From Spironucleus salmonicida (Eukaryota), in assembly GCF_000497125.1 (NCBI RefSeq), contig NC_090599.1, positions 1,240,001 through 1,304,000 of the forward strand: a stretch of DNA of 64,000 bases, written 5' to 3'. Positions 13,659 to 28,665 of the stretch are shown here, piece by piece (the stretch's first letter is position 1; every line of letters starts with the position of its first letter). The translations under genes were made by a program, and so were the position numbers. The notes beneath the pieces were generated by a model that worked only from the letters and a program-made list of their open reading frames with translations, ran no database searches and was not told where the DNA came from.

Positions 13659-15917
13659 ATGTCATGCGACAATTCTAAGACCAACTGCTTGATCTGCTCG
13701 GATGCTACAGCCAGCAGTACATGCAATGCATGTATTCCTGGGTATGGCCTAGCTGATGATAAGTGCGATAGAGAATGTTCCTAGAATATTGGGTCTGACG
13801 GCACGTGCCAGGAAAAGGTAGACTGCTAAGGCGCACCTAACTGTGTGGACTGTTTTGGGGATACGTTTATATGCAGGATGTGCAATATCGAATCGGTTCT
13901 AGTAGGTTAGAGTTGCATTCTTAACAATTAATGTTAAACCGCAGACTCCAACTGCTTCACTTGCACCCGTTCTTCCCCAACTACGTGTGCAGCCTGCTCT
14001 GAAAATTTCGTGCTAGTGGAAGGGAGGTGTGTTCCTGATGCGTTCTGTAAGTCTGAGGGCGCCGGCAAGATCGACGGTTGCAAAGCATGCGCCAGCGCGA
14101 ACCCAGCAGTATGTGCTACTTGCTCTACAGAGTATACCCTGGTCGCGAATAAGTGTGTGAACTGCAAGACGGGCACTTCCCTCATTCCGAACTGTTCCAC
14201 GTGCGATCTGGCAGGCTCTAGGATATGCTAAGCCTGTTCGGCCGAGTATTAGTTAACCAATGGAGTGTGCACCAGCTGCACTACTGGGGTCTCGAAGATT
14301 GACAACTGCACCACCTGCTCCGCGGGAGCAGTATCCGAATGTGCTACCTGTGAGAATGAGTACTAGCTAATGCACGGCCGCTGCATAGCGAAGGACGCCT
14401 GTAAGGCCACCGACGCCAACTGTGAAACTTGTGATCCCATAGACCCGGCCAAGTGCAAGGTGTGTACCTCCGAGTATATCCTAAGTGCGGAAACGTGTGT
14501 GAACTGCAAGACGGGTAACTCGCTCATTCCAAACTGCACCGCCTGCGACCCTGCTGCCATCACTACCTGTACTGCATGCGGGGAGGATTACACTCTGAAC
14601 GATTAAAGCTGCGTTTCCAACACCGCTTGTAGGACAGTTCTCGAGAACTGTAGAACCTGCAACGCCGCTTATCCCGCGATATGCGATGCATGCAGCGACG
14701 ACTTCCAACTCGTAGAGACACAATGCGTCAGCAACGATGCCTGCAAGCAAGCGGGCAGCAAAGTTGTCCACTGCGCGACGTGCGGAGTCTCAAATCCGAG
14801 AACGTGCCTGAGCTGCGACGCCGACTACTCACTCGTCGAAGGCGCCTGCACAAACTGTCAGACTGGGGCGGCTGCCATACCCAACTGTTCACTCTGCGAC
14901 ACTTCAGATCCCGCTATCTGCAGAACCTGCGCCCCCTCCTTCACTCTCATGAAAAATTACTGCTTTTCGAAGCCTTTATGCGAATTCGGAAATCCGAACT
15001 GCACGGCCTGCGACGCTTCGGACCAATGGGTCTGTATCACTTGCAGGCCGAATTTCGACCTCATACGCGGTCAGTGCATCGACTCCCGGAACTGCAAAAG
15101 CGGCGAATTTGCTGTTGCGCGCTGCGCGAAATGCGTCATTTTCGACAGGTCGAAATGCGCGAAATGCGAAGCGGGATTTGCGCTTTTCGGGGGAAAATGC
15201 GTTGATGAGGACGCCTGTAAAGGCAGCTAAGGGGGCTGCAGCCGGTGCAGCGCTGCGAATCCGGCGGTCTGTGCAGCCTGCGAAAACGGGTTTTTACTCG
15301 TGAACGGGCGCTGCATTTCTGGCCAGGAATGCCGCACTGGCGAATTCGCTGTTGCCAACTGCGCTGCGTGCGATGTTACCGGCCCGCAGCCGACGAATTG
15401 TGGGGTCTGTGCTGATGGATTTACGCTAAAAAACAATGTCTGCATATCGCACAGTTTGTGCTTGTAGAACGTTCTGGATTGCAGAACGTGCGATAGCAAG
15501 GATTTCTCTATGTGCGGGGCGTGTTCTGATGGATTTACACTGAGTTCTGGGATGTGCGTGAATGTGCCAATTCACTGTATTGACTATAACGCAGATTCTA
15601 AGCAATGCGAGCAGTGTGGGGAATCTTATTTTAAGGCGTAAAAAGGATGCTAAAAATGTACTGAATATTGCACTCAGTGTACTTCGTTGGCACATTGCAC
15701 GTAGTGTTCTTAGGATATGTAATTGGTTGATGCGAAATGTAGTCAGAAGAATTTGTCTAGGGAGGTAGTTGTCGGTGTTAGTATTGGCTGTATAATGGCC
15801 ATCTTGCTTCTTGGTATAATTTTAATTGTTGTTTGGAAAAAGTTATAGAAGAAAATCCAACCAATCCCACCATTTTCTGCTAGTTTAGAATATGAGAATT
15901 TGGTAATAAATTAATGA
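13659..15917 (+). CDS. Cysteine-rich membrane protein (CXXC repeats, C-terminal TM; CRMP/VSP-like)
   Basis: Dozens of CXXC motifs, TM VVGVSIGCIMAILLLGIILIVVW followed by KKLQKK; alternative in-frame ATG at 13635. Confidence 0.9.
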
Positions 15918-16655
15918 ACTGAATACTTTAAAATAATTAATATTAAAAAATAATTTTAATGATCAAATGAATGTAAGACTATCTATTTTTAAGGTCAATA
16001 ATAGATATTAGAATTTACATAATTTTAATCAGCAAATTTAATAGTTTTTATTCTACTATAATAAATATTACTAATTCGAATCATCGTTAAATATTTTATC
16101 AGATTAAATGCGTTGCTTATATCCTTGTTTCAATCTAAATGAAACTTGTCATATTTGAGAACAGAATAATTCATAATATTAACATAACCAAAATATATTA
16201 TAACATTCATATATAAGTATCAAAAACTACGCAATCTAAAATAAATATAAGATAATAAATTTAAAAAAAACAAACTATATCGATTTTTAATTACTAACCT
16301 TATTTTACGATACAATTAGATAGGTTGATAATTTTTTGAGAAGCATAAAAAATTATGGCCTTAACATTTTTTCTGAGGTATATATATAAATATTATATCT
16401 ATTAATAATTTTATAACTAAAGTATTATAAATGAATATCATAATTTATTTTTACTTAGAATGAAAATCTTCGCTTAATTTAAAGAAATTATAAATTGTAC
16501 TAAGATATGAAGCGTATTTTCAAGTTAAACGAATAATATAATTATCTATACTATTTCTTTTATAAATATTAAATTAATAGAAGGTTGTTAGCAAATTAAC
16601 TATATTCTAAATTACAAACAATTACAAAAATATATGTATTTAAAAAATCTTGTAA

Positions 16656-18254
16656 TCATTCGAATAACCTTTTAGATGTTTTACTTTTCCGCTTCATGAA
16701 CGTAATACTACATATTAAATACACTATATTTATTATAATACCTGCAATAATAAATACCCAACCTTACCAAAAGGAATCATAACCTACTAAAACTTCCAGA
16801 CCGACTAATTCAAACATGGCCTCTTCGATAGAAACTACTCCAAAATATGTAGAAAATCCAAATTTACTTAATAAAACAGTAAATGAATCCTCTATGGGAT
16901 AACAGTAAGTATTGTCTTTAGATGGATATTCAAAATTATCAGTAAGACTTACCTGAATAATATCTTTATTAAATAGGTGGAATGTTTCACTTACATTTAC
17001 TTAAATTGATACAAAATTATGGGTCGAATAGATATTTTTATTTAGTTATACACACATTTACTTATGCGTTATAGTTATGTTAGCATTACCAGTAGGTGTA
17101 TGCTAAGGAGTAAACCGATATGATCCTGTAAATACAGTATTGTTAGAAAGTTTGTATATTATTGCTTAAGACATATTAGAAGGATAAGTCTAAACTAATG
17201 CCTATTATTATTAACACTCCTACATGGAATCATAGTCTGAAATTTCCCACGTAGAACAGCTTATATATCCTTATAACTCAAATGGATACGAAGTATAAAA
17301 TTATAGCTAGAAGTGTTTTCCACTTTCATCTGCTAATTCAGAAGCTGTAATCCAGTAAGATTTTTCGCTATAAATGCTGATATCACACATTGGATCCATT
17401 GGAATTTAATAAATGTATATAACATCATTAAAAAATGCTATTTTATCAGATGAAGTACAAGATTATGTGGTATCCCGTTAAGATATATCGATATTATAGA
17501 TTAAATTGAAATTTAAAGTAATTTCTTCATCTATTTCTACTCCATAGTCATTTGTATATTAATTAATGCTAGTGATACTTTTAGGAATGATTATTATGAG
17601 TTTAAGATTTATGAAATTTTCTCCTGATATTTTCAATGAAGTATCTGAGCATACCTTTTTATATTCCTCAGTTCCACTTAAGCAATCTGCTGTCTCAACA
17701 TTGAGTTCACCAAAATCAAATGAAGCTTAAGTGATATTTCTTTAAATTATAATATCTTTTTCCAAACTTAAAATATACATAACATCTGATGTAGTTGTAA
17801 CTATACACTTAGGATTAGTTTTCACAACGGCCGAGATTGAGGTAAACGACTCATACTAAATAGTTGGATCGTAAATGCACTGATTGTAGTTGTATATGAC
17901 CACTATGAGCTGCCCCACCGCCGCCGTCTGGTCCAGGTTGTTGTCCAGGAAGGTGATCATGTACGATGCGATGACGAAGGTGCTGGCGCTCTCGGCGGAG
18001 GACCCCGCTACCGGATGCAGCTCCACAACGTTGTCCTAGAACGCGTCGTAGACCACGAACTCCGACCTGAAGGTGTTGGTGCCAATCTGGATCTCGTAAA
18101 CCGCGGTCTTCCCGGTCTGCGCCCGACAGCTGATGGTCTCGTCGGCGTCCAGGATGGGGCTCGGCTGCGTCTAGAACTAGATAGAATCGGTTTATTTAAC
18201 TACTAATACGCTACTAGAACCTATTTGACAGCTGAATGCAAGAAGGATTATCAT
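16656..18254 (-). CDS. Type I membrane protein (532 aa), paralog A
   Basis: Short hydrophobic N-terminus MIILLAFSC, C-terminal TM plus basic tail; exactly colinear with 28666-30264. Confidence 0.8.
17798..18170. repeat. 373-bp block identical (inverted) to 28750-29122
   Basis: Base-by-base comparison found no mismatch; paired coordinates sum to 46920. Confidence 0.95.
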
Positions 18255-18959
18255 TTTTCTAATGTATTGATGTTTGAACTATAGAGATTGTCTTATTTTG
18301 ATCTATGTATCACAATAAATAAATAACAATTAAATAGTCTTATTTATATATTTTATCTGTAAAAAACTATACGATAATACTCATAACTAATCTATTAACA
18401 TGTAAAAAATAACTTGTGAATAAAAATTAATCAGTATTATAACAACTATACTAATGTTATGTTTATATAATAATTAAATTAATAATATAGTTATCAGTTA
18501 ATAAGCCAAATAGTAAATAACATATACAATATTAGTTTTATAAAAGAAAGATATTGATGATAATATGTTAATCATATTATTGGTTATAACTGTAAAGATT
18601 CAATTAAACAAATTGTAAAATATATAATCGATATTAATAGCTAATTTATATAAATTCTCAGTTCGTAAACGATCTATCAATAGTTTATGATTAATTATTC
18701 ATAATGTAACATGCTATGAACGATAGTATACTATATTATTATCTAAATGCGTTACATCCACCTTACTATCTTGAAACTAATTAATTTTCTATCATTCACT
18801 TACTTAAGTGATCTTACACGATTAAAAAACAACTATAGATTAGCTATTTTTCTCTTTCATAGTCATTATCGTGCTCACTAATATTATTTACTCACATTAT
18901 CAAATTTAACCGGCTTATATCATATAATAATTTCAAAAACCGCGTTGCTCTCCTGAACC

Positions 18960-21900
18960 TCACTCAACTTCAACCTAAATACTAGGGAAAACGCCCATTC
19001 CCATAATCTCCTAAAACAAGTACTTTGTGGCATACGGAAGCGTGACCTTAGCGAACTTTGCACTGGCATTACAGAGCTTGCAGTTTGGCGCGTTCTGACT
19101 CGTAATTTCGTTCAAATTCGCGTGCCAGCATATCTGCCCGCATTTCACGCACACCAAAAAGTCTGTTGCGTCGCTTGAAAACATCAGCCTGTCCCTCAAA
19201 ACGGCAGCAGTGCCATGAGCGATGAACGCATCACGCTCCATTTCACCGATTCTCATGCCTCCATACCTTTAGCGACCTTCGTTGGGTTGCCTAGTGATAG
19301 TCACTATCTGGCCAGTCGCACGAGCCGAAACTTTGTCCAAAACCATGTGCTTGAGACGCTGATAGAAAGTGGGTCCGATGAAAATTCGATAGTTCAAAAG
19401 GCTACCCGTAAAACCGCAAAACATTGCCTCGTAAGCATGTTTCTAAAACCCACAGGAATGCAAATTTTTGCACAAAAATTCTTCGTGCGAAATTCCTTCT
19501 AGAGGAGGCTCAAAAGGTGTCCCGTCGACGATTCGGCCCAAGATACAACCGAATTTCGACCCGACGCATTCCAAAAGCTGTCCAATCGTCATTCTAGATG
19601 GGATAGCGTGCGGATTGACTATTATATCAGGCGTGATGCCATCGACCGTATAAGGCAGGTCCTCGTGTCTATAAAGCATTCCAACCGTTCCTTTCTGACC
19701 GTGCCTAGAGGCGAATTTATCGCCCATTTGGGGCGGTCTAGAGGCCCGAACTCGTACTTTTGCGGAGATCTGACCGCCTTCGATTTCGCTCGACTGAGAG
19801 TTCATATGCTCCAAACAGATGCAGGCTGCATCGATGTAGCCGATTTCGTCGTTTTTGGCCAAAATTGACTTATCGACGAAAACAACTCCCGTTGACCCAG
19901 TCCTGTTATTCGCGTCCTTCAGAGGCTCTGCCTTGCCGATAATGACCTTACCGTCACGTACAGAAGCCCCAATTTTTGGCAATCCGTCCGCCTCAAGATA
20001 ATTTCGGCATTGCGGATCGATCACGTGCGTGACGCCGTCGATTGGGCGGCAAAGCTTCGGCTGATAGTCCCCGGACGACATTCCGATGTGCTGCGTTTCG
20101 CAAGTCGTCTCATGAGACTGATAGTAAGTACAGCGCATCAAACCACGGTCTACAGCAGCGTGCGACATGATCAATGAGTCCTCCTGGTTGAAACCAGTGT
20201 AAACTGCAATTGCAACGATCATGTTCTCGCCAGCTGGCAAATCGGTGAATTTGACGTATTTGAGCGTGCGGGTTTAGCACATTGGAATCTGCGGGTAGTG
20301 CATTACGTTGATCCCAGAGGTGTCGAAGCGCTTGTTGAAATTTAGTGCGTAAATTCCAATTGCCTGCTTGCCCATAGACGACTAATAGAGGTTACGAGGA
20401 GACTAGTTGTGATCAGGGAACGGGATTAACGCTGCGATCGCTGAAAGCATTAATGATGGGTGAATTTCCAGGTGTGTATATTAAGTTGGAAGGCGGGGCA
20501 GCTGAATTGATTTGTTCAGAAGCCAGAGATTCGATTTTTAGATGAGGGCGATTTCATCTTAAAGCTGCTGAAGCGAAAAGGAAATGAGGGCCTGCTCTTC
20601 TTCATATGGGTCCAAATACTCGATGAACATCTGGTGATGGCTGACAAGTTTTTCCCAGGCTTCTGACTTCGTTTTTTCGTTTAAATCTCCGCAAATATCA
20701 ATTACATCAGTGGATTTCAATGAAAGCTCTAATTTAGTGCATATTTTGTTTTCTTAGTCGTTTTCGCTGTTGACTACAAATAGCGGTCTCATAACACGTC
20801 CTTCGTCGCATGCAATAACTAATTCTTGTTGTTCTTGATTGAAACTAATACCAGTTTCAAAACTGATTTGATTTTTGCTTCTCATTCCGCGTAAGTGCTT
20901 AGCGACGCGATCTCCTAATTCACTTCTAACGCATCCTATCCATTTACCGTTTAAAAATAATTTTACGCCAGTAATTTCCTCTTCAACTCTTTAGAAAGCT
21001 TTTTCGCCATCAATACGTAAGCTATCGATAATACCCCAAATTTTTTAGAAATCACGATCTCCACCCCCAACAGTAATGTAACACTACAAGCTAAAATTTT
21101 TAACTAGGCCGACTTTAGCACCTTCTGGCGTTTCAGCAGGGCATAAATATCCAAATTATGTACCGTGGAGCATTCGTGGAGCTATAGCTTTACTACTTTC
21201 TTCAATTCCAGAGCTAGCTCTTCTAATTTAAGAAATTGCAGCAGCATAACTCAGGCGAATTAAATTTTAACTCACACCTGTTTTTAGTCCAGCTACAGCT
21301 CCTAGTTTTCCAGTTCGCCAATTTCCAGTAGCAAGACTAGAAATTATTTATTGACTTATTTATTTAAACGCAAGTTTTTCGAAGTCAATTTTTTATTCAA
21401 AAAATGAGTGCATTGATACTTTTTTATCAGCGCAACGTTTTGCTAATCCTTTCTAAAAGTCTTCATAACAACGGCGGAATAAATCAAAAAGCAATGAGCC
21501 TGTTAATTATAGTCGTTTCTGACCCCAATGATCACGATCGTCTTGAGGACGTTAATTTAAATGTGTTTTTAGAACTAATTTAGCCATATAGCCAAGGAAA
21601 CGTGATTTCTTAATTGTATCAGTAGGTTCTGTTCCCATATGTGGCATAAAGCGAGTAATTAAATGTGAACGCATACGTAGAGCTTTAGTAGAAGCTAACT
21701 CAGATTACTATAGAACATTCAATTTGAGATTTTCAGAAAGATATTCTAAAGCTTCCAAAGGTGACAAATCGCTATAAACATCCAAACTAGGTAAACAGGC
21801 TTCAATGATATCTTAATCTCCTTCTGGAGTTACAATTTTAAGTAAATCTTCGGAAGTAATAGACTCAGTAGGCTATAAAGCCGCTAACATTATGAATAAA

Positions 21901-22622
21901 TTAACAGGTGCATCAAAACCAGGCATATTTACCATGAGTAAATTCATTATGTTGTTATTTAATTTGTTCTTCATTTTGCACATTTTAACCTCCAATTTAC
22001 AATAAAGTGCTTTTTCAGGGATTGATGATACGACACGTGCCGATAATTCATTCTCGGGTGTTGTGAGTACTTAAACACGATTTGATCTATTAACTTCACT
22101 AGCAATAACAGCTTTCTCGCTTCCATTTATAATAAAATAACCACCTTCATCAAAAGGACACTCACCACATGCTATTTTCTTTTATTTTTAGTTTTTAGGA
22201 AGGTAACAAAATTTACTTCCTACAAGAATTGGCATCTTACAAAATGGCATATTCTCGGTTTACTATGATTCTTATTTTAAATGACCATTTTCAATCAATT
22301 TTTCTATAATATTTACTTGAGCAGTTAAAGGAATTTAATATGTTTCATTCTACAGACGGCAAGAATTTGGCGATGAAGATGCAAGTTACTATGCAGGAAA
22401 CACATTCTGGATACGAATTTCATAGCGATAAGAACGCATGGTTGAAGAGGAGTTTGTATCAATGACGTCATAAATGATCGGTGGAGCTTATTAAGTTATT
22501 TTTGGAATATTATCCATAAAGTTCTCAAAGGAAGATATCTGAGGCCTTGAGATTGAATTAGAGTTAAAATAGGCATCTATGACTTTCCACACATGCTCAG
22601 TCCTAAGATATGACTACTGCAT
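18960..22622 (-). CDS. RPB2: DNA-directed RNA polymerase II second-largest subunit
   Basis: [77 protein letters not shown]; motifs match RPB2 rather than RPC2. Confidence 0.95.
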
Positions 22623-22689
22623 TGATAGTGGAGCGGAAAATGAGGAAGGAAATCTTATATATTATTATATAATAACCATTTTTACCAGA

Positions 22690-23409
22690 ATGCGATATTC
22701 CTTACATAGGCAGTACCTCGGGCTCTGCAAGCCACAGAATTGGTCCAACTCTATTTTTATCACACCTTACCAGATGATTGACTTCGAGTTTCAAGCTAAA
22801 ACGCCGAATCCGGCTACCTACCAGGTGTAAGTCAAGAAGTTCACACAGAAGGTTCCGTACGTCATTCAAACCTAGAAGAAAGCCCAAATACGGCCAAAAA
22901 TCAAAATTCACATACCAGCACCTCCGCTGCAAATCGCTCAGGTTTCACCTTTCCATATAGACGAAGAGCAACTGCTTGCACGCTGGCGCACACTGCTGAG
23001 TAAAGTGGAGACCCTCCAACGTACGCTCGCATAAGTTACTAGTACGATAGCTGCCTTTTTTACTGGCCCGTAGGTTCTGCACATCGCGAGGTTCCAACTC
23101 CGACGTGACTTCTGCAATGTTTTGGATGCCAAAACGGCATTGTAGAACGATTGGTACTCAGTTGAGTATGGTTCTCTGTCTGATATGACTACACTATGCC
23201 TACGGGGTTCTGGAGTATTCGTTGAATTCTACGGAGCTAGACGAATCATTTTAGCTATTTTCGAGCTCACACTGTTCGACTTTGAATGGAATAGCGGAGG
23301 CCAGGAGTGGGTAAAGAAGGACCACCAGTAAGTAAGATTCGAACAGGACGAGTTGTAGGATTTACAAAATAAGGAAAAATTGAGGTTTCAAGTCTAGAAT
23401 CTAAAGTGA
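22690..23409 (+). CDS. Hypothetical protein (239 aa)
   Basis: Open frame with TAR=Gln, ends AAGTGA; head-to-head with RPB2. Confidence 0.65.
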
Positions 23410-23503
23410 ATAAAAATTATTATATTATGTATAATAAAAAGGGGGAAATATAATATATAAATATTATTTAATATATATCAGCATATATATTTTTCACTTC
23501 ACA

Positions 23504-24040
23504 ATGTTTAGCGAGTTTAATTCTAAAACGTTAAATTAGTAGTAAAAACTGAAGAATAAGGATATTAAATAGGTGATATAGTCGTTGGAGTCATAAAATC
23601 CTGACAAGAAGGATTTGTTTGCCGAATTAGCAACCTCTACCGTTTTCTAATTCAAAACGCCGAATAGATTTATTTTTATAGCTGACAATTCTTAGTTAAA
23701 ATATTTTTCTTATTACAACTCTTAATACGCTCCAATGCTTCGTTAACTACACAAATTCCCATCTCTACTTAAGTATGTTTACAATGATGGAGGATCATGC
23801 AGAGCACTTCTCAATGGTGCGTAATTAATGGCTCCTGGTATTCATAAGATAGATGAAACTTTGAAAGTAGGTGATATTTGTGCGCTGAGAGTTAGCGAAG
23901 ATGCAGAGGCCTTAGCGATATGCAAATTACTGTAAGACCCAGTTGAGATTATGAAACCTAACAGAGCTGGTCAGGCAACTGAAACTCTGTTTATTTTAGG
24001 CGACGGACTCTATGAACATGGAGATAAAGTTAAATGCTGA
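23504..24040 (+). CDS. MCTS1: MCT-1/TMA20 PUA-domain translation factor
   Basis: PMLRQLHKFP, DGGSCRALLNGAQLMAPGI, C-terminal ILGDGLY; 178 aa. Confidence 0.85.
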
Positions 24041-24259
24041 GTGACAGAGAAATCCTTATAAATATTATTTTGTTGTTGTAGTTTGATATAATGAACAAAA
24101 GTTTAAGTAATTCAACTGTTAGTTATTTTTATATTAGTGACAGAGTTTCACTACAAACTACTAGCTAGAGTATATTTATTATACGCTTAATTACCGTATC
24201 GCGTTAAATTATTTTATAATCTACATCGTAAAATTTTAATAAAAAGCACATATCTCCTC

Positions 24260-25270
24260 TCACTACTTTCCCTTTTGCAGTACTTCAACTTTTGCAATCA
24301 CGCTCAGGCTCTCCTCCAAAAATTTTCCCCACCACTTATCGCACTCCTTCTGTTCGATCTTCCTAATCTGCCATGTGACAGCATCCATTCTGGCCTAGAT
24401 CATTCCCCTAAAAATGAAGTATTCGAGTTGATTTTTGAACTATTCAAACTCCTATGCAAATTCCTATGCCATCTCTTAAACACCAGTTACAAGGAAAGCT
24501 TGCAAATACTATTAATAAACTCCAGAAGTAATCTACTCAATGAGCTCGTTTTCGATGCATCTAAGCCAGAAATTTGATCGAATAAACTCCTTAACTTAGC
24601 CCAAAACGCTGTAAAACGAACCATAATTGCAGCCGATTATACACTTGATCAGTGATAAAACTGGTGGGTTAGCAGACGCTAGTGCGTCTGTTTGTGAGTC
24701 AATAAGTGCCTTAAGAAGTTTCCTTGATAGGTTCGAGGCAGCTAGAAGTAAAGCAATGGATGCGAAGCCGGAGAAGTCTAGAAGCTCGTCAGATGAAAAT
24801 GTTGAAATTGATCCAATAAGGGTCTGAGACGCCTAGTGCACCTACTGGTTATTCAGAATCTATGCAAGCGCGCCGTATAGCTTTGTCTGGCTCTCTAGAT
24901 CAAAACTGAGCTTTTCGAGCTTTATGGACTGGATTGTCTACTAGAACTATGCGTAGGAAGTCTTAGACTTCGTTGCAATGAGCAACTGCGCGCGGGCCTC
25001 TGCTAGCTAGTAGCTACACTGGAGATCGGTGTTGAGTGATTTCTTACCGATTTGTGCGTAAAAATCACGTGCTTCTGTGAGAAGCATCGCATTCATGCAC
25101 TGAACGGCCGCTTCTGCCAAAATTTAAGCCACTTCTGATTCTGACGTTTATGGTTTTTTACGCTGTGCTTCGATTTGTAAGGTGAGTGCCTATACATCGA
25201 CAACTGGGAAAGGTAGTTCTGACTCATTATTGAAAAGTCGCAAGGTATTGATGACAGTGAGTGAGGTCAT
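24260..25270 (-). CDS. RPN7: PCI-domain protein, probably 26S proteasome lid subunit RPN7
   Basis: YQQYLQAF...EMAQEF...QLEYFIFRGMIQARMDAV (PCI winged helix) and SRKLLKALID; 336 aa. CSN1 cannot be excluded. Confidence 0.6.
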
Positions 25271-25490
25271 TTTAGAGGACTGGTAATTATAGCATTAATA
25301 ATATATAATAATAATATTTTATTGGATATGGAATATGTATATAAAATTATTGACTCGAATAATTTGTGTAATATAGTGTTTAAGGCATATTCAATTACTA
25401 GAATGATATTGATTCTCATAACGAACACTTTTTGTTTACAAATATAATAAATATATCATTTACAATATAGTATCCGGCCACTCCATTTTA

Positions 25491-26174
25491 ATGTAGCTTA
25501 ACGCCTCTATTCTACTTAAATAAGATAGGACTGTAAATGTAGCTCATTTCCATGTCCCTATAGAGAAATCACACGGAATGTCACTGGTGGATTAAATTAT
25601 ACGTAACCTACCGAAGAATACTAATTCTGGAACTTTATAAATAGAGGATTTTTAAATAGCCTATGAGCACCCTATTATACTTTTAGCTTAATCTCCAGCA
25701 AATGCTCGTTTGCTTATATAGTAAGCATAATAGTTATCAAGAGAAATACATCTTGCAGGGGATCCTTTTGAATCGCTATTTCTTCTATAAGAATCCTTGT
25801 TCTAATCTTAAACAAGTGTGTAATAACGAATCAAAATGCACTCAGATGTTGAAGAAAAACATTTAGCTGAATAGAAAAGAAAATTAGATGAAACAAATGC
25901 GTTAAGAAAAATACGTGAGGGTGAACTAAAAAGATAAGGAGGACAATAAGGACATGGTATAGATGAGCATACATTAAGAGAACTCAGATAAAGAGCTTTA
26001 TAATCTAGTGCTCCAGTTTTCAAAGAGGCGGATAAAGTAGAAAGTCTCTTCAAACGGGCTGATATCAGTGACGATAGTGATGATAGCGACGATAAATAGA
26101 TACACTAAGAAGCATAATAACAAATTAAGAAAAAAGTATCTTAAATTGTCATTAAGAAATCACTTAAAAGATGA
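25491..26174 (+). CDS. Coatomer delta-like protein (longin domain plus helix; no mu-homology domain)
   Basis: Longin-like N-terminus, FESLFLLQE, RIKMHSDVEEK resembling the delta-COP MxSxEE helix; 227 aa. Confidence 0.5.
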
Positions 26175-26230
26175 GATGATTCATTTTAGATTTTAAATAT
26201 TATATATTTAATTATTTAGTAAATTTTAAA

Positions 26231-27961
26231 ATGTCAGAAACTAGTATTCATAATTAGGTAGACTCTAAGAGTGAAATTATGGTCATTAATTAATCATAAG
26301 TTGAAGAAAATAGTATAATTTAAGAATCAATTCCTATTGAAACTAAATTATCTAATATCAGTTAATTAACTTAGCAGACTGAATAAGAAGTTGAAACATT
26401 ATAGATCCAACCTGTAGAATAACAACTTGTGGAAGAATAAAATAATGAAAATTTACAATAACAAGAAGACTAAGGACAATAAGATTAGTTTTAAGAATAA
26501 TAAAGTTAATAAAATAAAGATGAATCATCAATATAAACATTTAGAATTTAGTTCAATCCTTTGTATGGGTTAGATAAAACTAGAAAATAGAACATAGATG
26601 ATTATAACTAAAGAATTAACTCATATCATATAAATTAAATTAATAAAGCCAAAAAATAATATTATGAATCACAATAATAGTAAGGATAATGTTCAGAAAA
26701 GAAACAATACATTAAACCAATAAAATCTTTAGTTTTAACATTGTAAAATCCTAAAACAGTACATGCTTTAGAAATAAAAAGAGCATAAAATATAGCAAGA
26801 AGAGAGCATGATAGTAGAATTACTAATATTGAGAATCCAAATGCAATACCAGATAAGCTTGAAACTATTTATATTAAAGTCGAAAACTAAAGTAGAGAGA
26901 TTGTTGCTGTTGAAAAGAAATAATTAAAATTTGTTAATGAAACTGGGTAAATAAACCGAAACGAGGTTATATTTGACTAATGCGGTAGAGTTTATTGTAA
27001 AGGTGAGCATGGAGTATAATAAGAAGTCTAAATTATTAATGAAAATGGCGAAATTGAAACAATTGAAATTCAGTATCTAGGTAGTGAAAATTGGGATAAA
27101 ATTTGTAAAAATGCAGAATTAAATGCACTAGTCGAATGCAATGTTAATAATAAACGAATTACTGGAATTTCAGAAGAATATCTGAGAATAGCAAATAAAG
27201 CAGGTGAAATCATTCTTGTTAAAGCAATTAAAGATAAAAATGGAAAATTCTGGATATAAGATGAAAATTGTTCAGATTTTTAGCAGGAAACTGTGCAGGT
27301 TATTGATCAGCAAGGTCTTGCTGAAAATATTCAGGTAAATTATATCAAAAATTTTGTAGATTTTGAAAAACTATCTATCCTGACGAGCCAAAATTCGGAC
27401 CACAAGAAGCTTCTAAAAAACTTCTAAAATAGTTCTCCTATGAACAATTTAACACAAAAGCAAGTTTAAACAACAACAAAAAAGAAAATATAAAATCAAC
27501 GTGCTGAGCGCATTCTGGCGTACCAGCAGTAATCGAATAAATAACAAATCAAACATCTTGTAAAAAATGATGAACCTGCACCAGTTCTAGTTGTTCCAGC
27601 CCTAATATAGGATGAAGAAAAAGCCATATTACAACAGCATTAACAGCATCTTGAATCACTAGAATCGAGGAGACTCTTAAATTAAATTCAGCGTGAAGAG
27701 GATCTGATTGAACAAGGTCGTAAACTATAACGTGATATAAATTTGAAGTTTATTGATGGAAAGATATAGAAGTAGCACATAAAAGCTAGACGCTAAGAAT
27801 TGGTAGCCAGGCGTGCGGCACTGAAACGATAGAAAAAACGTGAGTACGAGCTTCAGATGTAGAATGACATGCTTCTTAGTGAGGTTCGAGAGCATAACGC
27901 ACATGAACGTTAACGGCTTGCTGCCAGGGAACTGGTTGTTCGTCTTGGCATTCATGAATGA
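26231..27961 (+). CDS. Hypothetical Gln/Glu-rich coiled-coil protein (576 aa)
   Basis: Long open frame with TAR=Gln from ATG 26231 to TGA 27959. Confidence 0.7.
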
Positions 27962-28665
27962 TCAGATTATTTTTTTTATTTTTCAGAACTTAATGGCACG
28001 ATGACTTAATTATTAATCATTTCAAATGTATTATAATATTACTAATTGCCTAGTAGGACTTCACATATGATTAATTTAAAATTTAATACTAATTTACTAT
28101 CTAATACTGGATACCTTACTGAGAATAAATACTTTCCTAGTTTTGTTAAGCTCTATAAATTATTAATTATGGATACTTTAGATACACTATATTTTTGGTT
28201 TATGTAGAAATATGTTACAGTTTCTAAAAAAAATATACAATTCAAATAGATTAGGTTTAATACCATATTATGAACGCATTAACTACCTAATATTGAGATT
28301 GCATTATTATATTATATAATTTTATTCTGTATTCACTTATTTATAATGTAACAATCTAATAATAAAACTATACATTAGGAATAACATTTATTTATTGAAA
28401 CATAGACATTAATATCTAAATTATCTTGAAAATCGTTCGAGTCAATAATAAAATATTTTCTAATATATTTCCGTTCTAATTTTTTTATATATCTTATATT
28501 TTGATTTTTTTTACATGTTAAAATAAATATATTTATTAAAATATTTATATTTATTTAATAATAGAATAATCAATAAATATGATACAAACATATATAAGAT
28601 ATGAACAAATTTATTTACTAAAAGCCTTATAATTTTATTATTTTAGTTAATTATACTTTATTAAA

